A stretch of DNA of 61,250 nt, filler included, from Dugesia japonica (Eukaryota): NCBI GenBank assembly GCA_001938525.1. It is 6 parts of 6 records of this genome, joined end to end, with 100 filler letters (N's around TTAATTAATTAA, not from the genome) between each part and the next. Parts side by side here need not be neighbours in the genome. Positions count along the whole stretch, not along the records: positions 8,765 to 20,850 come from MQRL01492412.1; positions 20,951 to 29,777 come from MQRL01606445.1; 4 more parts are not named here. The stretch is one strand, 5' to 3'. The position numbers and the translations under genes are program-made. The notes beneath the pieces were generated by a model. It did not search any database. It was not told where the DNA came from and saw only the letters and a program-made list of their open reading frames with translations. Every line of letters begins with the position of its first letter. Position 1 is the stretch's first letter. Shown one piece after another: positions 11,563-23,559 of the stretch.

Positions 11563-12462
11563 ATGAATACAAAAGAAGTAGAAAATAGAATTAAAGAATT
11601 GAAAGCATTAATTAAAGGACAAGAAAAATATAATAATTTTTTCAGTGAAAATGTTATTGATTCAAGAAACTTACAAAGTGATTTATCTATATTACAAAAA
11701 CCAAAAATTTCAGCAATAGAAAAAAATAAACCAAAAAATACATTAATTTTAAAAGATGAGGTAACACAGGGGATCTTGAAGTAGAAGATGAAATTAAACC
11801 ACAACTAAAAATAAAAGAAGAGCCTTCTCAAAACAATATTAGAAACATTAAGAAAAGAAGATATACAACCATTAGTTGTTAATTTAACAATTAATAAAGA
11901 TGAATTAACAGATTTAACAACACCAAAAATATATTTGACAAATGTTGCTTTAAAAGGAGAGCGCCCAAAGAAATTCGTTACAGTAAAATTTCCAGAAAAG
12001 GATGAAGAATTATTTTTTTATAAAAAAAGGGGTATGAGTTATTTTACAATGGAAAGAGAAAGTCATGCTTATAATGATATTTTAATGGATATAATTTTAG
12101 GAAATAAAGAAGATATAAGAAATGATGTTATGGCAAAAGAATTTATAGAAAGATATTTAAATAAAATGATAAAGGAAAGTATAAATGATGAATACTGTAA
12201 ATTTTTAAGAGAAAATAAAACATAAACAAAAAGGTAGACCAAAAAGTAAAGGAAAAAAGACCATAAAGGAAGCGTAGCCCACCAAGGAAAAAGCGTTTCA
12301 CCGACTGGTTTATTTGAAGAGTTAACATTATTAATATCAGCAGCAAAATCTGGACATAATAATGTAGATGAAGAAATAAAGAGTGTATGTAAAAAATTAA
12401 AAACTATAGGTTTAATATCTAACATGATTTATGATAAATATAAAACTAAATATTTCAGTTAA
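11563..12462 (+). pseudogene. Conserved Polinton hypothetical protein
   Basis: Frameshifted and stop-containing ORF; C-terminus PTGLFEELTLLISAAKSGHNNVDEEIKSVCKKLKTIGLI resembles a recurrent Polinton C-terminal motif as I recall it. Confidence 0.55.
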
Positions 12463-12505
12463 ATAAAAAACCGTTCATGCATAAGCAAATTATTTTAGAT
12501 ATCGC

Positions 12506-12518
12506 GGGTCCCTTTGGG
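12506..12518. promoter_or_regulatory. Intergenic motif GGGTCCCTTTGGG (variants at 15677, 15716 and 16688 reversed; 18592, 18618 and 18680 forward)
   Basis: GC-rich motif confined to intergenic spacers of Polinton A, often flanked by ACATTT(T/A) repeats; function inferred only. Confidence 0.5.
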
Positions 12519-12627
12519 CATTTAACATTTAACATTTAGATGACACATTTAGATTTTACACTTTACATTTTACATTTAACACTTAAGGACTTAACAAAAG
12601 CTTACTGCGTAAGCTAAAGTTTTTTTA

Positions 12628-13314
12628 TAAAAAATTTCACATCAGTTTTTAGTAGTTGGTAAAGAACAAGATTTAAAGTTAGATTTAAAGTTTCCTATAA
12701 AATTAGATTCAGAATATGAACTTGGTTTGATTTGCTTTACATGTTACAATATTATTTTTAACATTAATAATTTAAATAATAAATTTATCAATAATACTAA
12801 AGAAGAAAAGATTGAAGCTGGAGCTTATGAAATAAAAGAAATTTCAAGTAGATTAGAAAAATATGGAATAGAAGTTATAGCTGATCCCTCAACAGCAAAA
12901 TGTAATTTATAAACAAAAAACGTATTAACTTTTGATGATAAATCTTTCTTTCATAAAATCTTAGGTTTCGCTGTAAATCCTTATCCACCAGGAAATTATT
13001 ATTTAGATAATAAAATTGATATTTCAAATATTAACATGATAAATATTACTTGCAATATTGTTAAAGGTAATTAGGTAAAATCTTCAAATTCAGGTGACAC
13101 CCAACAAATAAATTTATTAAATTCATTTCCAATTAATACAGTTCCTTTTGGATTTAAAATTATAGAAAGACCATCAGTAATTATTTATACTAAAATTTAT
13201 ACAAAATACATTGACAGTTTAAAATATAATATTATAGATGAAAACTTTAACACGATAGATTTTAACCAAGAGATGATATCAATTTTTGCACATTTAAGAA
13301 AATATAGACACTAA
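12628..13314 (+). pseudogene. Minor capsid (penton) protein, Polinton A
   Basis: FPIKLDSEYELGLICF...IEAGAYEI...ILGF...INITCNIV...VPFGFKIIERP...IIDENFNTIDFNQEMISIFAHLR; two internal stops. Confidence 0.85.
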
Positions 13315-13320
13315 TTTTTC

Positions 13321-13336
13321 GGGCCCTACAGGGCCC
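13321..13336. promoter_or_regulatory. Intergenic palindrome GGGCCCTGCAGGGCCC (copies at 13321, 17512 and 18561)
   Basis: Three near-perfect copies, each preceded by TTTC and followed by ACTTT; all intergenic. Confidence 0.55.
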
Positions 13337-13406
13337 ACTTTTGATGTCAGATGTGAGATGTCACACTTCATTCAACATTTTACATTCGACATTTTATATT
13401 TAGAAA

Positions 13407-13832
13407 ATGACATACAGTTTGATTGATTTCTTAAAGACTTTTAAAATTAACACAACAACAAATTTTTATTTATATTCAATTGCTGACGTTTTAGATTTAC
13501 CCATTGAGATTTATATGAAAAATGAAGTGCCCAAATATTCGGAGAATAGTGGCACCATAACAGGTAACTTAATAATTAATTATCAAAATACAAATCAAAA
13601 AGGAACTTATTGGACAGCCTATACTAATGAATATTATTTTGATTCTTTTGGTTTAAAACCTTTTGAAGAACTTGAGCCATTTGTAAAAGTTTATAAAAAA
13701 ATTCAAGTATAACATTTTGATTTAAAAATTTGTGGTATCTTGTGTATTTATTTTTTATATAAAATTCGTGATGTTGACTTTAATGAAATTATTAGTGAGA
13801 TGAAAAGTTTATATGATAATTTAATTATATAA
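13407..13832 (+). pseudogene. Adenain-like cysteine (maturation) protease
   Basis: LIINYQ...KGTYW (catalytic His changed to Tyr), YYFDSFG, QV*...ICGILCIYFL. Confidence 0.88.
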
Positions 13833-13837
13833 AAAGA

Positions 13838-14980
13838 ATGAATAAGTTTGGTGAAAGTTTATTCGGTGTAAACAATTCACTATTAATTAAACATGTTGAT
13901 GCTAAAATTAGAATATCAAATGCTTAAAATGAAAATAAATATGTAAATGAAACAAGTGACACAATAAAATCTTTAAAAATAACAGATGACCCTAAAGATT
14001 TAACAGATGCAGTTAATTTAAAATTTATTAAACAATTAGAAGAACAGATTGAAAGACATGAATTAATTTTCACAAAATTTTTGAAAATTGATAAATCCAC
14101 AATTAATAAAATTTAGTTGCAATTTAAAGTTGATGAATTAAATAAATTAAAAAATATAGATTTCTCTAAAAAACTCAAAAGTATAAATGAGAAAATTAAA
14201 AATTTAAGTCAAAACTGTAATCGACAAACATTTGACAGAATAAGTTTTGAAATTAAAAGAATAAAACTAGAAATTTTCCCATTAAAAAAAACTGATTTAT
14301 TGTTTAGATTAAAAATATTAAGAGAAGAGGATGTGAATCTTACAATTAAAAAAGCAATTGATGTATTAAATAATAAACTTGATTTTTTACCTGCTGATTT
14401 AGATAAGAAAACTTTTGACCTACATTTATATCTCATTGATGTAATTAGATTAAATATAGATTATTTTCACTTTAGAATTTCTGAAATACTTAAAGAAATT
14501 AAAAGAATAAAATCAAGACTACATAAAACTTTTATTGATAGAATTAATATTTTATTTAAAACTTATAAAGAAACCTTTTTTGAATCATCACTTAAAAGTT
14601 TAGGACATATGATTGATAATTACTTACCTTATATTTTTAGGTTTAGTGATGAAATAATATTTACAATTATCTGTTATGAAAAAAATGATAATCTTCCACA
14701 ATTTTGTATTATAGACAAGTATGTGCATAATTTAGATTTTATAAGAAAGGGTGAAATGAAAATTGTGAAAACTATACAATATTTCTATCTTGAAGATCCT
14801 TTTAGTATTTTTTTACATACAAAGATTATTGCAAAAGTTAGTATAAATATAGAGGGCCATTCTGAAATTAAAATTTTTCATTACACCATATTGCAGTATC
14901 ATTTTTGTATATTATTAATAAAGATAAATCTATTAAAATTTACCGAGAAAGCACTGAAATTAATAGAAATACTAATATAA
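13838..14980 (+). pseudogene. Fiber/spike-like coiled-coil protein candidate
   Basis: MNKFG N-terminus, DDPKDLTDAVNLKFI motif, long helical middle and beta-rich C-terminus; two in-frame stops. Confidence 0.4.
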
Positions 14981-15051
14981 ACTATATTTCAATAGTTTTA
15001 CCAAAAGGAATTTATTTATATAATTTAAGTGTTAAATTTATTCTTTAAAAA

Positions 15052-15668
15052 ATGGAGGAAAAAAGTATTTATCCTGATTTAGAAATTGAAAGAAGTAGTT
15101 ATACGATTTTAGATTTAAAAAATAAACTGTCAATGTCTAGAATTAGAGATTTTGAAAATGACCTTTAGTTTATAAAAGATAAAATAAAACATTATAAAAA
15201 AATTCATAGAAGATGGGAAAGGATAGATTCAACAATAAAATATACACAAATATTTGTTAGTGCTGGCATTGGAATTGGAGGTGTAATTTTGATTACGTCA
15301 ATTGGCACCGCTATTGCCACTATAGACGTTTCAATTATTACAGGCGCAATTTCTGTATTACCTGTCAGCAGCACATTAAATTTATCATTAATAAAATCAC
15401 GAAAGGAAAGATATGAAAAATTAAATAAGAAACTTGAGGCTGTTAAAAATAAATTATTTCTATTTCAACAGAAAGCTGTAATGATGAAATTTTAACTGAT
15501 GATGAATTAACAATAAGTGAAAATATGGTAAATAAAGTTCATGAAATAATATCGGCAACAAAAAAAGCAAGCGAAGCCAATTATAAAAATAATGATGTTA
15601 CTTTAAAGAAAATGGTAGAAAATCAAACTAAGGCTATTAATGAAATGAAATCAAATTTAGAAATGTAA
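15052..15668 (+). pseudogene. Two-transmembrane Polinton accessory protein
   Basis: SIYPDL N-terminus, KHYKKIHRRW, hydrophobic IFVSAGIGIGGVILITSIGTAIA / VSIITGAISVL, then KAV..DEILTDDE; one stop and one frameshift. Confidence 0.6.
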
Positions 15669-15761
15669 ATTTCATACCCAAAGGGACCCAGACCAAGGTG
15701 TTGGGTCTTTCATACCAAAAAGGGACCCACCAGAGTGATGATTAAAAATTAATATCAATAA

Positions 15762-16683
15762 ATGAGTAAAGAATTAGTAGATAAAGTAATGGAAAGAATC
15801 AATAAATTGTATAAACCTAAAGAAGGAATTAATATAAAAAAATCAGAAGAAAATTTAAAGAATTGTTGAAAGATGATATTAATAAACTTTATTTACATGA
15901 AAATAAATTATGTGAAGATGGTGAACAAAACCATGCAATAATTAGAGGCGAAATTATCACGAAAAAGAGAAATAAGATGACTTTAAAAAAAAGAATATTC
16001 GCCACACCAGAAGAATTAAAAGAAATGTTTAACGGTTCTATTTACATGGTGTACAAACTGATTTAAGTATGGGTATGAATTTAATAGAATTTAAATCTAC
16101 TATGAAAAAAATAGATGAAATGGGTAATGATACAATTAATGTGTTAACAGAAAATCTAATGAATGAGTTACTAAATACTTTAACAAATCAAGCAATGGAA
16201 GAATTAATAGCTAATCGCAAACTTATATTGCTTAATAATAAAATTTTCTCTAAAAGGAAATTTTTAGCCTCATTACAAAATACTATAACTCCCTATGATG
16301 AGTTAGCATTAGTTGTTTATAATCTTGATGAAAATTCATTAGAAAAAATAACTTTAGATATAAAAAAAGAATATCAAACTGTAAACTTTATTAATAAATG
16401 TAGTTTATTTACACATGCTAAATTATGAGTGTCATTTAAACAATTAAAAAATCATTTTGAGAATAATAATGAAATAGAAACATACTTACATTCAATTGGT
16501 ATAAAATATAAAATAAATTATGTTAATAAAATTATAAAGTTTACTAATTTAGCTGAAAGATTTCCAGAAATATTAACTTCAACTTTACCATTAACTAAAA
16601 TTATAAAGAATTTCCCACAAATAGAAGAATATGTAAAAGAAATATTAGAAGAAAGAAATTCTCATTTAGGACTGCCAATTTAA
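15762..16683 (+). CDS. Three small tightly packed hypothetical ORFs (15762-16066 frameshifted; 16069-16428; 16429-16683)
   Basis: Abutting ORFs inside Polinton A with no recognisable motif. Confidence 0.45.
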
Positions 16684-16709
16684 AATCGCAAAAGGACCCC
16701 TAAAATAAA

Positions 16710-17452
16710 TCATCTAACATTTCATCAGTTTCCTAATTCAAATAAAAATAATTATATTTAGTTTTCCAGTGAAGATTAACCTCATAATCATATTCCGTTT
16801 TATTAGTAAAAATATTAGAAAACAATTCATGATAAACATTATACCTATCTGTCTTATTTAATTTTAAAAAGATGTAACAATTTGAATTATTCCTTATAGA
16901 ATTTTTATCTAAATGATAATATGTTTGGGAAATATAAATTACATTACAATTTGAATGTCAGCCTCTAGTGAAATAACTTTTTTGTATCTCTTGATTCTTT
17001 TCATTAACTTCATCACCAAGTATTATTAAGTTTTTCTTTTCTTTTGAAAGTCTGTCACATGAAATTATTTCATTAGGTTTATTACTCAATGTTACAATTA
17101 TAGATCTAGGTTTTTTGATAACTAATTTTTTCTCTAGATAATATTGTACAACCTGATATGGTGTAATGCAATTATTTGGTACTATATTTTGATTTTCAAA
17201 CATTAAATTAATTTCTTGTTTAGTTAAACCATTTTGAAAATCAATGTAAAGTAATTGAATTTCAAATTGATTAATTGTTGTTGAATATAAAATTAAAACA
17301 TCATAATCTAAAAATTCAGGTGCCAATAACATTTTCATTAATAAAACATTTTTCCCACAACCTGAAGATCCTATCATTAAAAGTCTAAAATTATTTGGTA
17401 ATATTTTATTATTGATAATTGTTATATTTTTATTCCAGATTAACTGCGTCAT
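16710..17452 (-). pseudogene. A32/FtsK-like DNA packaging ATPase
   Basis: Walker A GSSGCGK, Walker B LIILGD, and FTRG*HSNCNVIYISQ...IRNNSN continuing past the stop at 16958. Confidence 0.9.
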
Positions 17453-17529
17453 TTTTATTGTTAAATTTTAAATGTGAAATTTTACATGAAAAATTTCATA
17501 TTTTATTTTTCGGGCCCTGCAGGGCCTAC

Positions 17530-18510
17530 TTTAGACTTCATAATTAATTTCTTCATCAACAATTTCTTCAATCGCATTAAAATTCATGTGAATTTTGTAA
17601 AATGAAAATTTGCTTCTTAATATCTTTGGGGACGTATCTACTAACTTACTAAATTGTATTAATTTGTTTATGTCTCTTACTGAATAGTAAATTTTTCTTC
17701 CAGCTAAATAATTTTTAAATTGTGAACTTTTTTTAAATTCTAATTTTAATATTAATAATAATTTTCCTAATTTAGAATAACCAATTAAACCAATTTGTTA
17801 ACATTTATTTATTACTTCACCCCAATAATAAATTTCTTCTGTAATTCTTTTTCTATCAAATGATTTATAACGTTCTTCTGAAAACTCATAAATACTTAAA
17901 GTTTTTTGCCCAAGACCTTCTTGTTTTAAAACAGCTGAAGAAAATGGTTTTGATACAAAAGATCTTAAAAACTCTTGTTTAAAATTTAATTTATTATCAC
18001 TTTCTAAAAGAATAAATTCTCTCCTATTTAATTTTCCTCTTTTGATTAGATTTATTTCTGATTTAGTTAATGGTGGTATTTTAGATTCAGAGTTTTCACT
18101 TTCAGATTCAGATTCAAAACTTTCACTTTCAGATACAGAACTTTCACTTTCCGATTCAGATTCTATTTTTTCTATAACTTTGGGTTCTGGTTTTATTTTT
18201 TCAATTTTAGATTTAGATTCAGAACTTTCACTTTCAGATTCTATTTTTTCTATAACTTTTGGTTCTGGTTTTGGTTTTGGTTATTTTTTATTTTAGCTTT
18301 AGTAATTGGCACTTCAATATATTCACCTTCTGAATTTGTTACTAGTTGGGTTCTTTCCTTTTCTTCTTCAAGTTGTTTTCTTTTTATTGTAAATCTATAA
18401 TATCTTACAAAAGATTTTAAAAAATCCATTTTAATAATTTCATAATTTAATTTTTCTAAATTCTCACAACCTTCTAAAATTTTATTTAATTCATTTAAAA
18501 CTGGTTCCAT
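17530..18510 (-). pseudogene. Hypothetical Polinton ORF with a duplicated KPEPKVIEKIESESES linker
   Basis: ATG at 18510, frameshifted; direct repeat ~18136-18195 / ~18219-18272; globular-looking C-terminal part. Confidence 0.45.
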
Positions 18511-18742
18511 TTTATTAGATATTTTAAAATTTATATTTAAATCATAAGCCTTGAAATTTCGGGCCCTGCAGGGTTCACTTTTAGATTTTACGTGTCCTTT
18601 TGGGATTTTACATTTACGGTTCCCTTTGAGATTTTACATAGGACATTTTACATTTTACATTTTGCACTTAACATTTTACGGGTCCCTTTGGGTATTTTGC
18701 ATTTTAATTAAATTGGATTAAAATGCATGCTGTGCAGGCATA

Positions 18743-20056
18743 TTATAATGCCGATTTCTGCAACTCATTACTATAAAATCTTCCCAACATTTTGTTGCCG
18801 TTTAGATTACTAATTTTAAATGTATACATTTTTCCATAATATATTTTTGTAATAATATAAATTCTTTTTGACCATTTAAATTTATACCCTTTAGGAAATG
18901 TTTTTCCAATTTTATTAATCCTTACACGATCTCCTATTTTAAATTTAAGTTTCTCAGGAAAAGTAGTTGGTAAATTTAATTGAATACTTTCTGGATTTTT
19001 TGATGCTTTTTGAGGTGTAACATTAATTGTTGAATGTATTGTGTTATTGTAATCATTTACAATTTGTTCTAATAAATCTAAAGTAACATTTTGATTCCCA
19101 ACGGCAGTAAAATGTTTAAAGAGTTTATTTTTAAATGTTCTATTAAATCTTTCAATGACAAATGCTTTGCCATGATTTTCAGTTGAATACAAATTTATAT
19201 TATTCTCATTACAAAAAGTTTTAAATGTTACATTATAAAATTCTTTTCCTTTATTTACCCATAATTTATTTGGTGTCCTAAAACTTTTTTCTAGAATTCT
19301 TTTAAATGCTTTTGTTGTTAATAGACCGGTTTTATTTGCATAAAGTTCTATAAAAGCAAATCTCGTATAAAGATCATTTAAAGTTAATATTACATTTTTC
19401 CCTTTTCTTTCTGTTCCTTGAAATATCAAATCTGCTGACCAAATATCATCTTTTTCATATACAATTACTTTTCTAAAATGTTTTGGTTTTCTATATTCTT
19501 TATGAAGTTTTTTACTTTTACTTTCACTTGGGTCCATTTTATCATCAGATTCTTCTTCAAAAATAGTACTTTCCTTATAAGGATCCTTTCTTGTCCCACC
19601 TCCACCAAACACTATCTTTGCTTTCATTGCTAATTTGATCAAAGCTCTTTGTAATTTTTTACTTGTTGTTAGATTTTGGATATTATTTAGATCATGTATT
19701 AAATTTGCATCCGCAATATGTCGATCTCTAATATCTTCACTGTAATATGAGATGTCATGTTTTAATGCGGGATTAGCAACTCTATTAATTGGTTCTTTAC
19801 CTAGATTTGGAATATTATTTTTATCAAGTCTAATATCTAATCTTGTCCCAGGCCCAGTGTAATAATGTGTAAATAAATGTCTTTCACCTGGATACTTTTC
19901 CCCAGTAAATGGTTTTAATAATGCTGATGTTAATTTTGAACTTTGTAAGTCGCCGCCTTGATTTACTTTGTTTATGCTCAAATCTAAATGTCTTGATTTA
20001 TGTTTCTTTAAAATTATTTTACCACAATTGTCACATATAACATTTTTAGAGGTCAT
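18743..20056 (-). CDS. Zinc finger + parvovirus-type phospholipase A2 + rve (DDE) integrase fusion
   Basis: Single open 437-aa ORF: CDNCGKIILKKHKSRH; YTGPGT...HDISY...RHIAD (PLA2); IWSADL, LWVNKGKEF (second Asp is Asn), IERFNRT, KFKIGDRVRI, FYSNELQ. Confidence 0.9.
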   Translation of the reverse strand: MTSKNVICDNCGKIILKKHKSRHLDLSINKVNQGGDLQSSKLTSALLKPFTGEKYPGERHLFTHYYTGPGTRLDIRLDKNNIPNLGKEPINRVANPALKHDISYYSEDIRDRHIADANLIHDLNNIQNLTTSKKLQRALIKLAMKAKIVFGGGGTRKDPYKESTIFEEESDDKMDPSESKSKKLHKEYRKPKHFRKVIVYEKDDIWSADLIFQGTERKGKNVILTLNDLYTRFAFIELYANKTGLLTTKAFKRILEKSFRTPNKLWVNKGKEFYNVTFKTFCNENNINLYSTENHGKAFVIERFNRTFKNKLFKHFTAVGNQNVTLDLLEQIVNDYNNTIHSTINVTPQKASKNPESIQLNLPTTFPEKLKFKIGDRVRINKIGKTFPKGYKFKWSKRIYIITKIYYGKMYTFKISNLNGNKMLGRFYSNELQKSAL

Positions 20057-20065
20057 TTTTTATAT

Positions 20066-20585
20066 TTAACATTTACAATTATAATCAGAGTATTCAATTC
20101 CCCTTATATTTTCAATCATAACAATTTTACTATTTGCTAATTTCATTTCAACATGTTTCTCTTCAAGTATACACCAATAAATAGTTCCTTTGAAATCTAG
20201 ATCTTTTGTAATATTAAGTGTAACATCAACATTATTAATATTCATTTTATAATCATGAGCACTTACATCAAAACAAAACATCGGATATAAATTACCGAAA
20301 TCTAAAAGTGATAATTGTGGTTCTGTTAAAAACTCATGGCAACATTTTACATAATTTAAGTAAGGATAAATCATTTCATTATTAACAAATTAAATTTACA
20401 TTCATTAATTGGATAAAAATTATTGTTCAACTGTATCTGTATCTTTTTCACATAATTAGCACCATTTTTCTGCATAAATAAATTATTATTATTTTCATAT
20501 GTAATTTCTGTTTCTTTTAAGCAAATGAAAACATATCTAGGTTGATATGCTGGACTACTAATTTTTATTGAATAATATCCACTTT
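20066..20585 (-). pseudogene. Major capsid protein, C-terminal part (Polinton A)
   Basis: PRYVFICL...KIQIQLNNNFYP...YLNY...LYPMFCFDVS; frameshifted; position within the Polinton. Confidence 0.75.
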
Positions 20586-21489
20586 ACATTTAATTTACAT
20601 TAATTTACATTTAATTTTCTTGTGTTATTTTTAAAACTTGTTAACTTATTAGTTTTTATTTCTATAGTCATTTATTAAAGTAATTGTTTAGATTTCGTTC
20701 TTGTTCTACGTAAAGCATTTAATACTATTTCATTTTTATTTTCATCATGTTCACTTTTTTTATTGCAATTAATTTCGTAACTTTTTCTTCATTAAATTCA
20801 TTTGATTCTTCTAACTTTGTTTTATAAAAATCATTTTCTATTTGTAAATCNNNNNNNNNNNNNNNNNNNNNNNNNNNNNNNNNNNNNNNNNNNNTTAATT
20901 AATTAANNNNNNNNNNNNNNNNNNNNNNNNNNNNNNNNNNNNNNNNNNNNAATCAAATATTTAATTTTATATTTTATTATATTTAAATTATATTTGATTT
21001 TTAAAAAATATATTAAATAAACATTTAAATAAATTTGATTTTGAAGCTCAACAATAAATTTACTAGCCGTATTTTCCGGATGAATAAGCGAACTAGGTAA
21101 AATTATATAGAAATTATTTGATTAAAATATATTGGATTTTTATGATTTAAAAATATATATGATTTAAAAAAATACATTACAATAGAAATTTAATTTTATA
21201 TTTTATTCTTTTTAAAATATATTTGATTAAAAAAAATACATTAAAATAAATATCTTTAATTCATTTCATTTTATATTTTTAAAAAATCCTTTAATTTTAG
21301 TAATTTATTTTATAGTTAATTTTCTTGATATAATTTTAAATATACTTTTGATTTTACTAAATTCCGTTTTTAAAGATAAAAGATTTTAAATCTATTCTTT
21401 TAAAAAACTATCTTATATACTATATATTTACTTTTTTTTATATATTTACTTAATTGTTCTAATTCTATTATGTATAAATCATCATTAAA

Positions 21490-21984
21490 CTATATATTAA
21501 AATAATTCACTATTGAGAAATTTATTTTCATATTCACTATTTCTATTAAAGAATCATCTTTGAATTTCGCGTTGACCCATTTCATGACTTTAGATGTTGT
21601 TTTGTTAGTCTTATATTCAAATCCAAAGTTTTGTGCAATAGTTACATCCTCAAATATAAGATAATATGGAAAATCACAAGTAAAAGTTATATCTATCTTA
21701 TTAAATATATCGACATGTTCATTTTGTTTAACACTTAAAGATTTTTCTTTGTTATTGATTATATTAATTATATCATTTAAAATAATGTTCTGTGTCAAAA
21801 AATCACTTTTCGATTTGGTATACACTGGAAATGAAGAATATACAAAGGTGAAATCTAACAATGCTACTTCTCCGTGGCCATTTAAATAAATCAGATTTTG
21901 AAGCTCAACAATGAATTTACTAGATGTATTTTCCGGATGAATAAGCGGACTAGGTAAAATTGTATAGAAATTATTTGATTTCAT
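21490..21984 (-). pseudogene. Penton N-terminal part, Polinton B family
   Basis: FYTILPS..HPENTSSKFIVELQNLIYLNGHGEVALLDFTF; homologous DNA at 39170-39227 and 21030-21125. Confidence 0.8.
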
Positions 21985-22049
21985 CTGATTTTTCTTCTTC
22001 TTCTACTTGATTAACTATCTAATATCCAACTAGGCTTTTCATATCCATA

Positions 22050-23300
22050 CCACTTTACGTGTAATAAGTATGAAATAGGTATGCAACACAAGTGTAACTT
22101 AAAATCACGTGACTGATTATTTTTAGACTACCTAAAGCAATAAATTATACATATAACTAGATTTTGCAACATGATTGCATCAACTATGCAACACATTTGC
22201 AACACGCATATGCATAAAGTCTGTCCGAACAAAGACAAAACATCAAGACTGCCCGAACAAATTATTAAGACTCTCGAAACATTCATCTATAAACATCTAA
22301 ATCCTCTTTTCATCCTCTTTTTAAAAAATTCATATATACAAATGCACACCTCGGAAAAATCGAGGCATAATCGAGGTATGTATCACATCAATATTATAAT
22401 ACATAATATTTTAAAAATAAAAAGAAATTAAAAAACTTCAAAATAAAATTTAAAATTCAAAGAAAATTCATCTATTAATTATCACATAAAAAGAAAAAAT
22501 TCAAAAAAAGTAAAAAAAATATATTTATATACCAAAACCTCTTTAAAAGTGATTTTTAAAAAAACCATACGCATAAACTTACACGTCGGAAAAATCAAAA
22601 CTATACTTTTTCATATCCCTTCTTATTTCCGCTTTCTATTAAAAATAAAACACACCTTGGAAAAATATTTTTCGCGTACTTATAATATTAACAAACAAAC
22701 ATTCTTTATCCACTAAAGGTTTAATCAATAATCTACCAATTCACTACAAAACATATACCATCACATTGCCAAACACTTTCATTTTTCAACAACATCAAAT
22801 TCATCCAAATCGAACAAATAACCACAACGATTTAAAGTCGAGTGCGCGATAAGTCATTGCCCTACAGTCATGCTCTTACAAGTTTTTCATCCTCAGGCGC
22901 ATTTTAGCTCATAATTCCTTTAGGTAATGTATAGGTCGATTTCCGGTCAAATCCATCATCGAAACATTAAAAAAGTACACACACAAAAAATTATTTGAGT
23001 TAAATTTTGAATTTTACAATATCTTTACACACAAACAACATACACATACAAAAACTGAATGATAAAATACACACACACATTCCGCATACACACATACGAA
23101 ATACCATCCGCCATCAATACTTCAATACCTTAAAATAAATTTATTAATTAAAAGAAAACAAATTCTGAATAAATTAAAACAAAATTTAAAGTTTACAAAA
23201 AATTCTCTCATTAATTGAAACAAAAAAATAAAAATTTAAAAATAAAATTTTTGAAAAAAAATTTGATCCACGATAACTACTACGATTGCACACCGAAGTT
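22050..23300. repeat. Non-coding Polinton B subterminal region
   Basis: Shares colinear blocks (CCATCACATT, GCGCGATAA, CCTTTAG..AATGTATAG) with 43420-43610, which lies next to a Polinton terminus. Confidence 0.55.
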
Positions 23301-23559
23301 ATCGCATCTAAATACTAACGAGATATCTGTATCATGAATATTTTTGAAAAGATGTATTGCAGTTCTTAGAATTTGAGTTTTTCAATGTTATTTTCACATT
23401 TATCCATTCGAGACATTCATCTAAAGATGGGTTTAAATTATTTATTCTTGAACTCGCTGCGAGACATAATGAGTCTATATTGATTTTGTTTGTGTACATG
23501 CATCTTGTGATGAGTAATTTAAAATATTGCACAGCATATTGAGTTTGATATTCACCAAA

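Larger units (their letters stand above)
8765..20850. mobile_element. Polinton/Maverick A (endogenous virus), decayed; both ends missing
   Basis: pPolB, penton, adenain protease, A32-like ATPase, rve integrase and MCP lie on one contig in two convergent gene blocks. Confidence 0.93.

Noticed and set aside
20600-21489. Extremely AT-eroded copies of penton sequence suggesting RIP-like hypermutation
   Set aside because: The changes include transversions and indels and sit at contig ends; low-quality consensus is more plausible.
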